Shown here: in pieces, positions 12,901-25,985 of the stretch
How positions within the stretch are numbered: the stretch's first letter is position 1
Layout of the letters: each line of letters opens with the position of its first letter
NCBI GenBank assembly: GCA_964016885.1
Contig: OZ024745.1
Span: 74,586,001-74,650,000 of the forward strand
Length of the DNA: 64,000 bases
From: Eledone cirrhosa
Taxonomy: Eukaryota
Direction of reading: 5' to 3'
Program-made: the position numbers and the translations under genes
Notes under the pieces: model-generated
The model's database searches: none
Told to the model about the DNA's origin: nothing
Seen by the model: the letters and a program-made list of their open reading frames with translations, nothing else

Positions 12901-13058
12901 TTCCTTCTTTGTAAAAAAAATAAAATAAAAACAATTACAAACAAATTAAGCAACATATGTGCACGAAGTATTAATACGATTTATATAAAACAGTGAAATT
13001 TTACCGGCTTTGATAGTTCAATTAAAAAATATGAAATGACCCACTAGATAGCATTAGG

Positions 13059-13098
<40 letters not shown>

Positions 13099-13193
13099 CC
13101 TCTCTGCACGTTTGTACGTACGTTTGCCATAAAGCCTTTTTAATATCAACAATGGATTAATTGACGTTCTTTTAGAATTAAATGGCATTAAAT

Positions 13194-13532
13194 GGCAGTA
13201 TCGGTAGAGGGTCGGACGCCATGCTTTCCAGCACAGTTATGTCCCTTTACGATCTGAGTTCAAATCCCGCCGAGGTTGACTTTGCCTTTCATCCCTACGG
13301 GGTCGATAAAATAAAGTACCAGTAATGCACTGGGTAATTGCTGGCCTTGTGCCTAAAGTAGAAACAATTATATATTCTGAAATTTGACGCATAGAGTTAC
13401 GCCCTTGCCATTCTGAGTTCAAATCCCGCCGAGGTTAACTTTGCCTTTCATCCTTACGGGGTCGATAAAATAAAGTACCAGTAATTGCTGGCCTTGTGCC
13501 AAAAGTAGAAACAATTATATATTCTGAAATTG
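13194..13532 (+). mobile_element. Family A SINE with a tandem partial second copy
   Basis: Both copies end GTAGAAACAATTATATATTCTGAAATT; the second is 5'-truncated. Confidence 0.85.
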
Positions 13533-13559
13533 GTCAAAGGATAAGCATTTTATGGCCTC

Positions 13560-13864
13560 GGATGAGTGGAATAAGTGGAGTGGGGATCGGTAATTTTTCT
13601 AAGTTGTGTCCGTATATTTAAAAAAAAACAGAATTAGTCGTTTAGTTTACATATTGAGACCCCAAATTTATTTTACAACATATGGGATTTCTTGTAATGT
13701 ACATTTTTTTTGTCATGTATGTTTTTTAATGTATAAAGAAAATTAATTATTACAGGAATGTTACCACTTAAAATAAAATTTCGCCGGAGATAAATTAGAC
13801 AAATTAAATAAGCGGGAATAGGGGTTAAGACCGGGGAAGGACGATTATTGGAGACCCGGGAGTA
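13560..13864. mobile_element. MITE (Tc1/mariner-pogo-like ends), partial
   Basis: Ends GATTATTGGAGACCCGGGAGTA. The interior matches 47733-48024; a short family member is at 28453-28598. Confidence 0.6.
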
Positions 13865-13925
13865 CACAACTAAGTACTTTAGTTTGTGTATACACACTGG
13901 TACGTACCCCAGTTCGTGTATTATT

Positions 13926-14750
13926 TTCAATTCAATTCAATATATTTGGCAGAAATTAAAACATAGATGCTTCAGATGCCATGTAAGGAGGAGAGGGGGA
14001 CACAATTTAGATAGTCCGAAACACAGTGGTCCAACACCGGTCCAATTTCGCCTTGAATTGTTGCGTGGTTGACGCGTTGACTACTTCTTCTGGAAACCGA
14101 TTCCAGAGTCCAGAGATGAGGATCGAGAAAGCAGCTTTCCGTCTATTTAGGCGAAAGCAGCGGTGAAACAGCTTTTTGCCATGTCCACGTAGACCCCTTT
14201 CAAGTGCCGGAGTGAATAGGAGATCTTGAGGGAGATCGTAATGGCCATTGAAGAGATTGTAAGCCAAAATGAGGTCGCTTCTTAGCCGTCGACGCTCCAA
14301 GGAGAAGAGGTTCAGCTTCTGCAGCCGGCTTTCGTAGGGCAGCTCATGAAGACCCTGTACCATTCGAGTCGCTAGTCGTTGAACTCTCTCCAAGTGATGG
14401 ATATCCCGGATGAGATATGGGTTTGATGCTTGGATGCCATATTCTAGGCGTGGTCTCACGAGGGCGATATAGAGAGGTCTGAAAATTTCTGGAGTAAGTT
14501 TGGCAAAGGAGCGTCGAATAAGAAAAAGAGAGCTCCTTGCCTTGTTTGCGGCTTGAATGCAATGTTTTGATGGTTTGAAGGACGAGTCGACCAGCAGACC
14601 AAGATCTTTAGTCTCCTCAACCGCCTTCAAAGGAGCAGTGCCACCGTTGAAGGTAAGAGCTGAGTTATAAGGTGTACCCACTGCCATATGGCAACACTTA
14701 TCGACATTGAGGTATAAATCCTAGTCAATGGACCAACTCCAGGCACTTGT
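13926..14750 (-). mobile_element. CR1-clade LINE 3' fragment
   Basis: EETKDLGLLVDSSFKPSKHC...LYIALVRPRLEY...LERVQRLATRMV...LNLFSLERRRLRSDLI, then a short 3' UTR and (TTGAA)n tail. Confidence 0.92.
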
Positions 14751-14817
14751 TTCAATAATCGCTATAGAAAAGAACAAAGTCGTAACCATTTAGCCAATAC
14801 AGTTTATTATTAAGCAG

Positions 14818-15600
14818 GCTCTTGTGGATTGGCAGTATCGGTAGAGCGTCGAACAATATGCTATAACAAAATACTGGTGTGTATGAATATAACAGGAGAC
14901 TCAGTTGTGTGTATAAAGTTTAATTAACAAGTTGAAGTTATGTAGAATAGTATAGTTGACATGTCCATGAGTAGATGAAAGAATGAAGTAAAGTTATTTG
15001 TTACCGTTTTGAAGTTAGCTCGCAAGAGACCATGTTAGGGTTGCCAGGCGAACGCGCCTGGCCGAAGGCCAGCAGCCGAAAGGGCAAATGAGAGAGAGAT
15101 CGCTCTGAGTATCCCTTTTATAGGCTCTCAAGCCGGAAGTGACAAAAAGGGTTGCCACCCCAACGGGAAGTAACTCCAGCTACTTCCTGTCTAGAGAGCG
15201 TTAATCTATTGGTGATGTGATCGTCACAACAAGGGAGGCAACTCTTGCTACAATGCTTTGTGGCATAGTTACGGCTTTTTATATTCTGAGTTCAAATCCC
15301 GCCGAGGTTAGCTTTGCCTTTCATCCTTACGGGGTTGATTAAATGAAGTACCAGTAACGAACTGATCAATTCAGTCGATTTCCCCTCCATCTAAAATTGT
15401 AGGTCTTGTGCCTAAATCAGAAACCATTAGTATCGGTAGAGGGTCGGACGCCATGCTTTGACACATAGAGTTACGGCCCTTGCCATTCTGAGTTCAAATC
15501 CCGCCGAGGTTAACTTTGCCTTTCATCCTTACGGGGTCGATAAAATAAAGTACCAGTAATGTACTGAGTAATTGCTGGCCTTGTGCCAATAGTAGAAACA
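14818..15600 (+). mobile_element. Two tandem family A SINEs under one TSD
   Basis: SINE 14820-15428 (LTR-interrupted) and 5'-truncated SINE 15430-15600; ATTATTAAGCAG at 14806-14817 and 15601-15612. Confidence 0.75.
14862..15252 (-). mobile_element. Solo LTR (391 bp, Gypsy-like) inserted in a SINE
   Basis: 4-bp TSD ATGC (14858-14861, 15253-15256). Minus strand TGTAGCA...TGTTATA (TG...CA with one change), internal TATAAAAGG and ATTAAA. It splits a SINE between its A and B boxes. Confidence 0.8.
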
Positions 15601-17581
15601 ATTATTAAGCAGAAGCTTAAATGGACTCTAAATAAAAAAAATATGAATTACAGTAATAATATTGATGTTTCTATGCATCAAAACACATTTCCTATTACTT
15701 AAACATAAATAAAGCCATATAGCTATTATAAATATTTCCACTTCCGTACATCAAAACATAATAACATACAAAAAATTAATTTCTTCGTCGTAACATTTTA
15801 TGTTCAGGATAATACCTTGATTCACAAATGATCTGGTGTACGTCTAGAACTTTTACATAAGATTCACAGAAAACTCTAAATATTTTTGGCAACAAATAAG
15901 AGGTTGACTTTTACACGAGATCGACTTTCACGCGAGTATATACGGTAATTATTTTTATAGCCACTGTAATATTCAAGTTTCTGTAATAGTTTCTTTGAGT
16001 TTCTTCCAAGTGTGTTTATTTTGCAGGTCGGTATCTTTTCGGAAATTGTACTTCTTAAATCATTTGTATTTCATCGTTTATTTTGTTGCTAAGCTCAGCT
16101 TTTATCGAGTAGACCGACGGTGCAACAATCATGTCAGAAGCATTGTATCTAGGATAATATAACCCAATACACTGTTGTTGTTTTTTTAGGGTCAGTCAGT
16201 AGGGTGTCACTTGAAGGGAGATTTCTCTGTGTTGAGCAACTACATACAGTCTCTAGATCAATCCACTGACGAATCATTTTCTTTGTAGTTTCAGTTGTAA
16301 TTGTTAATGTTTGCTCCCTTTTGGGCCTTCTTGGGGTTCCGCAATATGCAGCTTTTATACGCCCATTTATACAACCTGACCATAGTGCTATTTTTGGTGG
16401 CCTTATTCGTACCAGTCAACAAATTGGTAATTTTCGGCTCTGCCGATCTTTTCAATAATGATGTTTTAAAACTATTTTTTCTCTTATCCTATTCTTATCT
16501 TTTTTTTATATATAATATCTTACAATTTCCAATTAATTGCAATAGTACAGAAGTATTACATTGCACCACCACAAATATCGAAGAACCACTAGTAGTAAAC
16601 AAATATTACTACAGCCTTGAATATTTTCAAATCACTGCGTAAATGAAATTAATTTTTATATATTTTCCACACACAGTATATCAACAATATCATTTGAATC
16701 CAATCTTTTATGCCACAATTGAAAATATGTATAATTAAGTCTCAGTGCTGACTAGAATCTAAACTAACACCATACTTTAACCAAACATTTTTGTCTTGAA
16801 ACATAATGATGCTTCAAGGTATCTCCAAAGAAAATATTTCGTCTTATAATGCTTATATATTAAATATTCGCACATGTCAGGCAATACTTCAGCCAATTAT
16901 TCTCTCAAACGTAAACTTTCATTTCGTGTTGAATTATAACGACAGTCAGGTTGATCACGAGAGAAGTCAATGTTTATATAGCTATAAATATAACAAGAGA
17001 AGTGTATAAAAATAGGTAAACTTTCGAAAGTATCAATAATAGTTTAATTTGACTTCGATAATTGTAGCCTTAAGAACCAAAACTGAATATTTGAATTAAT
17101 GTTGTGGATTTATAAGTAATAATTAAATCTAGATAAGAGGGAATGCACTCCAGGGAGTTATATTACCAAAGAGAAAAAAGTTAGGGGATGGAATTAGTGC
17201 GAGTTTCAGAGGTGAGACACCAGAAAATTGACGAGATGTGGAGAAGCAAGTGCATTGGTTGGAAAACAGCCTGCTGGTTTAGAAGGAAATCTTCCATTGT
17301 AGTATAAAAAGAAAAGGAACACATATGTAAGTTGGTGAATGTAGCCAGGTTTTAAAGTTAAGGAGAACGAGCGCATAAAAAAAGACACCAGGACAGTACC
17401 AAACAATTTTAAATTCGTTTAATATTTTTCATTTTATATTTAAAATAAAAACAATTGGAAGATACAGTTTTAAAGTAAGTATATAATTGTTTAAAACTTA
17501 AAACGTAATTTAAAAAATCATGCGTCATTTAATTATTTTACACCTTAAACTTAAAAGGTAAAAAAATACATAATATGAAAC

Positions 17582-17750
17582 GTGGAGACTTCTGGTGTCC
17601 TTGGCCCTAGGGCCACCTCCCTACTCACTACCATCGGCACAGAATTGGCTACCCGCAAGTGTGAGCTTTGTAAGCTGGAATGGTTCTTCCAGTGCGTCTC
17701 CCTCTCCATCCTCCGGGGAAACGCCTTATCTATTCTGTCGGCTGGGGCCG
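17582..17750 (+). mobile_element. CRE-type non-LTR element 3' fragment (RLE domain C-terminus)
   Basis: VETSGVLGPRATSLLTTIG...WFFQCVSLSILRGNALSIL fits the ET.G..G...QR.S..I.RGNA pattern. Confidence 0.7.
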
Positions 17751-19149
17751 CGGGTAGCCAGCGCGTGGGCCCCCATTTGCTCACAATAGTGGGAGACGGA
17801 GAGAGCGGAAGACACAGAAGCAGTGACAATGGGAGTTTGGTTCCTTTGTGTTCGGACCTGGTGTATATGTATGTTTCACACATCAGTTTTAACAATTCTG
17901 AAAGACACCAAAATGTTGTTTTGAAATAACTACAATTGTTTGTTTTTTTGTTGTTTTTTTTTCGTCTGGTTTCATTCTTGTAATGTTATTTATTACTTTA
18001 TTATAATCCACCTCGAAAGCCTTTCAATAGACAATAAAGCTAACCCAGACAATCTATCATCACCTATTATAGAACGGAGATACGGATTTTTATCTTAGCC
18101 CCCAGAATTCTGTGTAGAGCAGCTACTAGTAAATTCTGCAAGACTACATCTACTGTTCACTGTCTGAACTCACATCTGATGTCTTCAAATTTCTTTAGAG
18201 TCTGATATGATTGCGCTGTTCTTGTACCGAATGACGAGATAAATTGTCAGAAAAAAATAAGATATAGATACTTTCTAGAGTTAAAAAACACACTTTGGTT
18301 TGTATAGTGGTACTTCCTGCATCAGTCACACCAAAATTTAAATTTGGTTTCAACAGCAGTTTATAAAGAACACAATTTCCTTAACCTTTGTTTGAAGACC
18401 TAATATTTAACTTCACATACAGCTTCTTCCATCGTAAGAGTGACCATAACACATAGTTGTTGTTTGATTGCTAGAAGAAAAATGTTGAAAACTATCTTCA
18501 GCCCTTGCTTCAGATAATTCGCTGAATGTTATAAACCATTCCATTTCCTTATGGTTTACTGTAACATATCGCAAAGATAAAAAATATATATATATATCAA
18601 TCAGCACTGCTAATATCAATATTTACAAATTACTTACCCATCTTGATTTTAGCTATTATCTTTGATAGAAGCTAAGCCGATAAGGAGTATACCAGATAAT
18701 TTTATATGTCAGAGATGAGATATGTTGCATTTCGATCAGCATTTCGATCAATCAGCAATACACATTGATCCAGCAATATCAAACAACTTAAGTTTCAAAA
18801 ATTGCCTATATTTGCACTTGGGAAACCTAAATCTAAACCTACTTGAGATAACTATGAATATCAATCCCTGTTCTCCCAAATAAAGAACCGCATCTATGGT
18901 ACGCACGCACGCACGCATATATATATATATATATATATTATTTCTTTTATCTCAGATTTTGTTGGAGCTCCTTGATTTTTGCATGAGTAGACAGTCTTCC
19001 TACCTGCAGTCTAGGGTGCCAAGGAGGCGAACCTTTTGCAATAGCTCTACTGGACACTATATTCCTACTTTCTTTATGTTCCTCTCAATATATTTCGATA
19101 CTGTCCCCTAAAAATATTTTAGGTATTGAGTACTCATTCTTGTATCCGT

Positions 19150-19510
19150 CGACATCAGACGATAATGTTTCTTTTTCTTCCACAGAGGGTCGTGGGGGAA
19201 GAGTTCTGAAACACTCCTTCCAGCGGGTCCTGTCTGAAGCAACCGTTTCTAACAGATCCGGCTGGATCCTCACGCGAGACCAGCCAAGCTCATGGATGTT
19301 ATCCAACCATCTTGCTCGGGGTCTGCCCCTGGGTCTCCTGCTGGTTGGTTTTGCCCGTGAAAGCTGTCCTGTGATTATTTCCTGAGACATTCTAACCATA
19401 GTATTGGAGATGTGATCTCTCAATTCCGAGAAGAAGCGGCTCTACCTGGAGTGACTCTCTGATTCCCGAGTAACGTTAATGCAAAGACCCTTTGGAGGAA
19501 CCCCATTTCG
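19150..19510 (-). mobile_element. RTE (Expander/Rex3-like) LINE 3' fragment
   Basis: IRESLQVEPLLL...VRMSQE...RRPRGRPRARWLDNI...VASDRTRWKECFRTLPPRP. Homologues at 40383-40455, 57975-58390 and 59680-60900. Confidence 0.85.
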
Positions 19511-19954
19511 GTCGCCCGCTTGTATTATGGATAATTAAAGATTCCCCAAAATTTAGATTTGAAATGAACCACGAGGAAACATGGATGAGAAATGTTTTCA
19601 ATAGATGCATTCATGTGGTTACAGGAAATATTTTTTTTAGGAACACCCAGGGAAATCCACCGTTTTCAATTTCTGTTATGGTAAATGACAAGTGCTGCTA
19701 CCACTCATTCCACAGATTAAAGAACTGTTAACTTAAACTACTGGTGAAGAAATCAAATTTTTGTCTAATATTTGATCTTATAACTCATTCGTTAATTCTC
19801 TCACCCTCGTACATAACATGTACTAAATAAATGAATCATTAGGAGAGTCTGTATCAAACAATAGAAGGTGCAGCCTTGCATATTTAATTGCCTCCACAAA
19901 TCAAGAACTTCGAGCCGCTGCAGTTTCTGTTGCTATTCTATCTAAATATATACA

Positions 19955-20344
19955 GTAAAACAAACTATATGTTAGATAGTATGTGTAAAACAAACTATAT
20001 GTTAGATAGTATGTGTAAAACACACTATATGTTAGATAGTATGTGTAAAACACACTATATGTTAGATAGTATGTGTAAAACAAACTATATGTTAGATAGT
20101 ATGTGTAAAACACACTATATGTTAGATAGTATGTGTAAAACACACTATATGTTAGATAGTATGTGTAAAACAAACTATATGTTAGATAGTATGTGTAAAA
20201 CACACTATATGTTAGATAGTATGTGTAAAACAAACTATATGTTAGATAGTATGTGTAAAACACACTATATGTTAGATAGTATGTGTAAAACACACTATAT
20301 GTTAGATAGTATGTGTAAAACACACTATATGTTAGATAGTATGT
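19955..20344. repeat. 30-bp minisatellite x13
   Basis: Unit GTAAAACAMACTATATGTTAGATAGTATGT; only one position varies. Confidence 0.97.
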
Positions 20345-20367
20345 TCGCACTTGTATACACACATCTC

Positions 20368-20435
<68 letters not shown>

Positions 20436-20454
20436 TCACACATACACACATGTA

Positions 20455-20775
20455 TGTATGGTCCCGCAACACTTGTGGGGAGTCGTAGGGGCGACGTATT
20501 GATATACGGCGTTTCTTGGACATCTAAAGCCTGGTGGAGCCTATCTCCCTCCTGAGTACAACAGATTTCTTCTAGAGAAAGATAAAAAGTGATAGAGAGG
20601 AAATGAGAAAGAGGAAGAATCGACCCCATTACTAGACTGGTACTTTTTTTTATCAACCTCGAAAGGATGAAAGGCAAAGCTGACCTCGGTGGGATTTGAA
20701 CTCAGTGAGCAGAGAGCCGGAACAAATACCACAAACCATTCTATCCGACGTTCTAACGACTCTGCGAGTTCGCCA

Positions 20776-20776
<1 letters not shown>
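20455..20776 (-). mobile_element. tRNA-derived SINE, family A variant with a longer 3' tail
   Basis: GGCGAACTCGCAGAGTCGTTAGA...GAGTTCAAATCCC...GCCTTTCATCCTTTCGAGG; the tail CAATACG..GCCCCTACGAC...GGGACCAT recurs at about 33285, 34945 and 50240. Confidence 0.8.
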
Positions 20777-20838
<62 letters not shown>

Positions 20839-20841
<3 letters not shown>

Positions 20842-20972
20842 GGAACGAGTAGGACCCCGACGGCTGAGCTCAAGCCGTTTCGACGGCTAATTCTGGACGT
20901 CCAGAATTAGGAGTCCAGAATTAGCCGTCGAAACGGCTTGAGCTCAGCCGTCGGGGTCCTACTCGTTCCTAT
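20839..20972. repeat. Perfect 60-bp-arm inverted repeat built from the 3' half of a hammerhead
   Basis: 20839-20898 is the exact reverse complement of 20913-20972; each arm holds GTC-GAAA-CGGCTTGAGCTCAGCCG-TC-GGGG. Confidence 0.9.
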
Positions 20973-21048
20973 TACCCACTCTACTACCCTAAGTATTGAG
21001 TACTTTGGTGCGTTATGGTCCACCTGGTTCCTTACCATATTTCCTTCG

Positions 21049-21128
<80 letters not shown>

Positions 21129-21150
21129 ACACACAGATGGCGAACTCGCC

Positions 21151-21185
<35 letters not shown>

Positions 21186-22345
21186 GATGGCGAACTCCCC
21201 ATATATATATATATAATATATATATATATAAATAGAAACAAGACTTAATGAGAAATTGTTCCTTTGCCTCCGTAACTCTCTGCGAGAATACTAACATTAA
21301 CTGCGCTGATGTATGGATATTATATAAAAGCCATTCCGAATGAAGGTAGTTACAAGAGTTCTAAATAATGGAAGCATTACAAAAAGCAATGATTCGATCG
21401 CAAAATAAATCCAATTCTTGTCTAAAAACCCGATTCCTAAATATAAAAAATTATGCTTTGCATTTGGTGAAGCATTTCAAATGGTTCTATCAATCTGTCA
21501 ACTTGGATACATTATTGCTAAACAATGGAATAAAAATATTCATAAGAAATCTTTCCTTATCAATCAAAATCTTGTCTTGTTTTTGCTTCTATAACATTGC
21601 AAATCCATGAAACATGATCGACATATCAAAAGCATCAAGAACTTAAATTAGAAAATTCTTCTCTACAATATACGTTAGATATATTGATGAGATAAAACAC
21701 CACCAGATTACTAAATGAAACTTGTATGTTGTTGTGGACGGCGTAAGGCAAAAGATTAAAAGGATTTTTGCTTCTGAACTAAATGGTATTTTGCAAAGCA
21801 TTAACACAAACATTAAAAAAGAAACGTCTATAAAATATGGAACATTATTGAAAAAAATAAAATTAATTTCATTAAATTCGAATTTGATTGCGTTTTCTTT
21901 TTTTGTTTTGCTTTTTTCCCCCCTTGAAATTAATTTTTTTTTCTAGCAATTAAAATTGCAATTTCTTGAATTAACTCAAGAAATTATTTTCTAAAATAGT
22001 TAGTAGCATTTGGGGAAATTTTCTCATTTAAAATTGACCTTTTTACCTGATCCAGGCAGTGGGATCGTGGAGCACTTTGGTCATATTATTTTTGTCTCTT
22101 GGAAGCCATGTTGAAAGGTTTTACAAATTCTTTATTCGTTAATGTATATATTAGTGAACAAGTGTAGTAAAACCTTTTCTCCGTGTTGCTAACAAGTTAT
22201 TTATTTAGATTACCGCTATTGAAAGAATTGTGTTAAACGTCGATAAATATCTTGCAGAAAAAAAGGAATTCCATAATTTACTTCAGATCATCATCATGAT
22301 CATCATCCATTTATAGAAATGTTCTATTTTTCATTGACTTAATAA

Positions 22346-22565
22346 TCTATATATCTAAAACAGAGAATGTCTATCTGTCTGCCTCTCTAAAACTCGAGAA
22401 CCACCCAACCTATTTTTTTCAAACTTTACACTTATGGTCGTGTGAGTGTATTGAGCAAAAATAATTTCAAATTTTCAATGCTCTAGGGACCGCATTAGGT
22501 GCCGAACGTCGCGCCCTTATAATATCTGTCTGTATGTTTGTCTGCATTACGACATTATGACACTA

Positions 22566-22652
<87 letters not shown>

Positions 22653-23251
22653 CGTGTGTGTATATAAATATAGTGTGTAACGTTTTTCGAAATATTTACT
22701 TCTGCGTTCACAGATTGATTTTTTTAGTTTCAGAAGATCCCGTTAAGGATGAAAGCAGCGATTCTCCGCTTAAACTTTAATCTGTTATTTTAATATATAT
22801 ATATATATATAATTATATATTCGTGTACAGATAGTTTTGCATACACAATAACAAAATATATACAAACGTATTTATTTCACGAGGCTCGATAAGGATAAAT
22901 ATATATCAAATATATAAGAACCCTAGAGCAAATATTATTCTCATTGCTGGCGAGGCAGAAGGGAATATACACGGTTGGCTGAAGAAAGACGAGACTGTGT
23001 TAGTAGTACGACAAACGGTACCTATCACACTAACAACACCAAAAACAACAACAAAAAAGAGAGGGAACGCAATTACATGCTTTTGAAAAATCTTAATGGA
23101 AAATTATTTGCCTATTCACCCAAGGCGACTTCACTTTTTATTAGGACTTCTGCATCAATTGGTGAACATACGACGAAACTGTTTCAGAAAAGAGGGATAA
23201 ACATGCCAATCTATGTTTAGAATCCCGAGCAACGCCGGGCCATTCTGCTAG
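22346..23251 (+). mobile_element. Non-autonomous Helitron (906 bp)
   Basis: A|TCTATATATCTAAAA then (TCTG)-like microsatellite; ends CCCGAGCAACGCCGGG-CCATTCTG-CTAG|T. Confidence 0.82.
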
Positions 23252-24198
23252 TAATAGAATAAAATCACCCTATCATAAGACTATAAAACGTATTCAAATA
23301 CAAACATACACACGTATACATACATGATGGCTTCCACTCCTGTCCAAAGAAGACCATCACTCACCAAAATTTGTGTCTGAAGTCTATTAGAACTAGTTCA
23401 CATTCATAATATGCCTTAGATATTTTTCATGAAAGCATTTAAGTGTATTTACCTGATGCTTGTAAACAACCCATGTTTCACGTGAGTAAAGTGGAAAGGT
23501 TAACACACAAGCTCATTACATAACAATTTCTGTTAATCTTGTAATGCTATGTTGGAACCAGACACGAGTCTCAAGAGCCCTATAGAAAACAATTGCTTTA
23601 GAGATATTTCATCATCGAAGGAGCAAAAATGATTGAGTGTTCTGTCCGGTAAACACACTTGTCTACTACTTCCAGATAGATGGTTTCAAATATGTTTCCT
23701 AATAAAGACTGGAACATTACAACAGTCTAGTCCAGTCTAATGCTGAATTTACGAGAATTTACATATCTTCAGCAGTATGAACATGTAAGTTGGTATCATT
23801 TGCATAAAGAAGATCGCGAATAACAGATTAAAAGACTTTTTAATTGGTTGCAAAATTCTGCAAACTGAAGAAATGCCCAAAATAACGATATCTTGCATAT
23901 ATCTCAGAACAGCAATTAGTGGTAAAAACATAAGGGAGATCAAGAGAAAAATTCAGAAGTTGGTGCAATAATGTCATTCTGTTTGACACCATTCTCTACC
24001 AGGTTTCTACTGACATTAACACATAGTTCCATTTCATTGTGAAATGATTTTATTGTCGATACAAAGTGCGCTGTACTTTTTTTTAATGTACCCTATTTAC
24101 AAATCGGAGGCTTTTAGATCAATGAAAACCTGGAGAAGATTTATGTACTTTGTTGTAAATATAAACAAACGTATTTATTTCACGTAAGTCAATGATAA

Positions 24199-25985
24199 CA
24201 CCGTGTAACATATTTTTTGTTCCCCGGTTCTAAGTGTCATTTACTGGTTTGTTATATCCCATTATTATAAAAAAAAACACTATTGTTTAATCAGAAGTTT
24301 GGGTTTGTGGTAAGGAGTTTGATATTTCGAAATTTTCATATTTTTCAAGAAAAAACATATTTTTTTTAAATTTATCAGTTCATATAATTAAATCAACAGA
24401 GTATATATTTATTTTATTACACAAGCTTATCAAAAGCAAACAAGTAAAAACAAATAACACTTATAAAGCAACTTATACACGTCAGAAATGATTGGATTTT
24501 CTGGATTTGCGGTTGTAGTCCAGGTCGGATTCCCCCACTAGCCCCCAGATATAGTCCCCCATCATTTTTTCATTGTAGTGGCCCTGGTACCTCCACTCTA
24601 TCTCTTTCACATCTTGGTGGAATCGTTCGCCTTGTTCTTCTAGGCGCCCATATTGTCCTTGAAATTTTCCAGGTGAGCGTCCAGCATATGGAGTTTAAGC
24701 GACATCCTGCATCCCATGGCGCCAAAAGCCTTTATCAGATCCTGCACCAGTTGCTGGTAGTTTTCAGCTCTGTAGTTTCCCAGGAAGCCCTTAACAACTG
24801 CCTTGAAACAGTTCCATGCTGTTCTCTCAATCCTATTGAGCTTATTGGAGAACTCGGTAGACTCAAACACCTTCTTTATCTGAGGTCCAACAAAAATTCT
24901 ACCTTTGATTTTGGCCTCAGATAACTTGGGGAAGAACTCAAGAAGGTACTTAAAAGCGGTTGATTTTTGGTTGAGAGCCTTCACAAACTGCTTCATCAAC
25001 CCCAACTTAATGTGCAGTGGCGGCATGAGCACAATCCTGGGATCAACCAGTGGCTCCCACATGACGCTCCGGGTCCCAGCTACAAATTCTGTTCGGTGTT
25101 CCCAGTTCTTTATTTTGTAGTGGTCAGAGGTGGCTCTGCTGTCCCAAAGGCAGAGGAAGCATTGGAATTTGATAAAGCCTCCTTGGAGTCCAAGCAGGAA
25201 AGCCACCATCTTGAAGTCTCCAATGATTTCCCAATTGTACTGGTTGTATTGCAGAGTTTCCAAGAGGACTTTCACACTGTAGTAATCTTCCTTCAGGCAG
25301 ACTAAATGAGCTAGGGGCTGTGTCGGGAACTTGTTTCCATTGTGAAGGAGGACAGCCTTCAAACTTGTGGTGGAGCTGTCTATAAATAGCCGTCACTCCT
25401 TGGGCACAAACGGCACCCCAATAACGGTCCAGGCACGTTATGACAGAAGCAGAGGCCATTCCTAAGAGTGTAAAAGCCTGAGAAAGGTTCGTGTCGACTT
25501 CTCTGACTTGTCACCTGCACTTCCTCCTTGGCCAAGTTCCACTGCTTCATCCTGGAGACGAATAGCTCTGCATTGGACTTGGTCAGACCCATATCCCTGA
25601 CCAAGTCATTGACTTCTTTTTGGTTTGGGAAGTGAGGAACTTTTTCTGGTACCCCAGTATCAATAAATCTCTTTAATCCACTTTTTAAAAATTTTATACT
25701 TTATTGCACTTTTATAATTTTCTTTAGGTATTACTCTTTATTTTATAATTTTAATTTAACCTGAAACATATATAAAAAAAATCATTTAACATAAGCAAAT
25801 TAAACTTACATACAACGTAAAATCCAACATACAAATAATTCTAGTGAATAGCTTAGAATTTTTACAAACCCAAACTTTTAACTGTTTAATAGCATTTTTT
25901 TTTTATTTATTTGGTACCTAAGCAACACAAAAAAAAAGTGATTACAAGCCAGGAACAGAGAAAAATTTTTTTTTGTTACACGGTG
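24199..25985 (-). mobile_element. Chapaev3 (CMC superfamily) DNA transposon, internally deleted
   Basis: TIR CACCGTGTAACA at both ends; 3-bp TSD TAA (24196-24198, 25986-25988); transposase remnant inside. Confidence 0.85.
24483..25650 (-). pseudogene. Chapaev3 transposase pseudogene (frameshifts, in-frame stop, N-terminus missing)
   Basis: KAVLLHNGNKFP...GDFKMVAFLLGLQGGFIKFQCFLCLWDSRA...PPLHIKLGLMKQFVKAL...SLKLHMLDAHL...MGA*EEQGERFHQD. Confidence 0.85.

Noticed and set aside
19888-20677. 204-aa and 258-aa ORFs
   Set aside because: Translations of the 30-bp minisatellite plus (CT)n; no homology or splice context.
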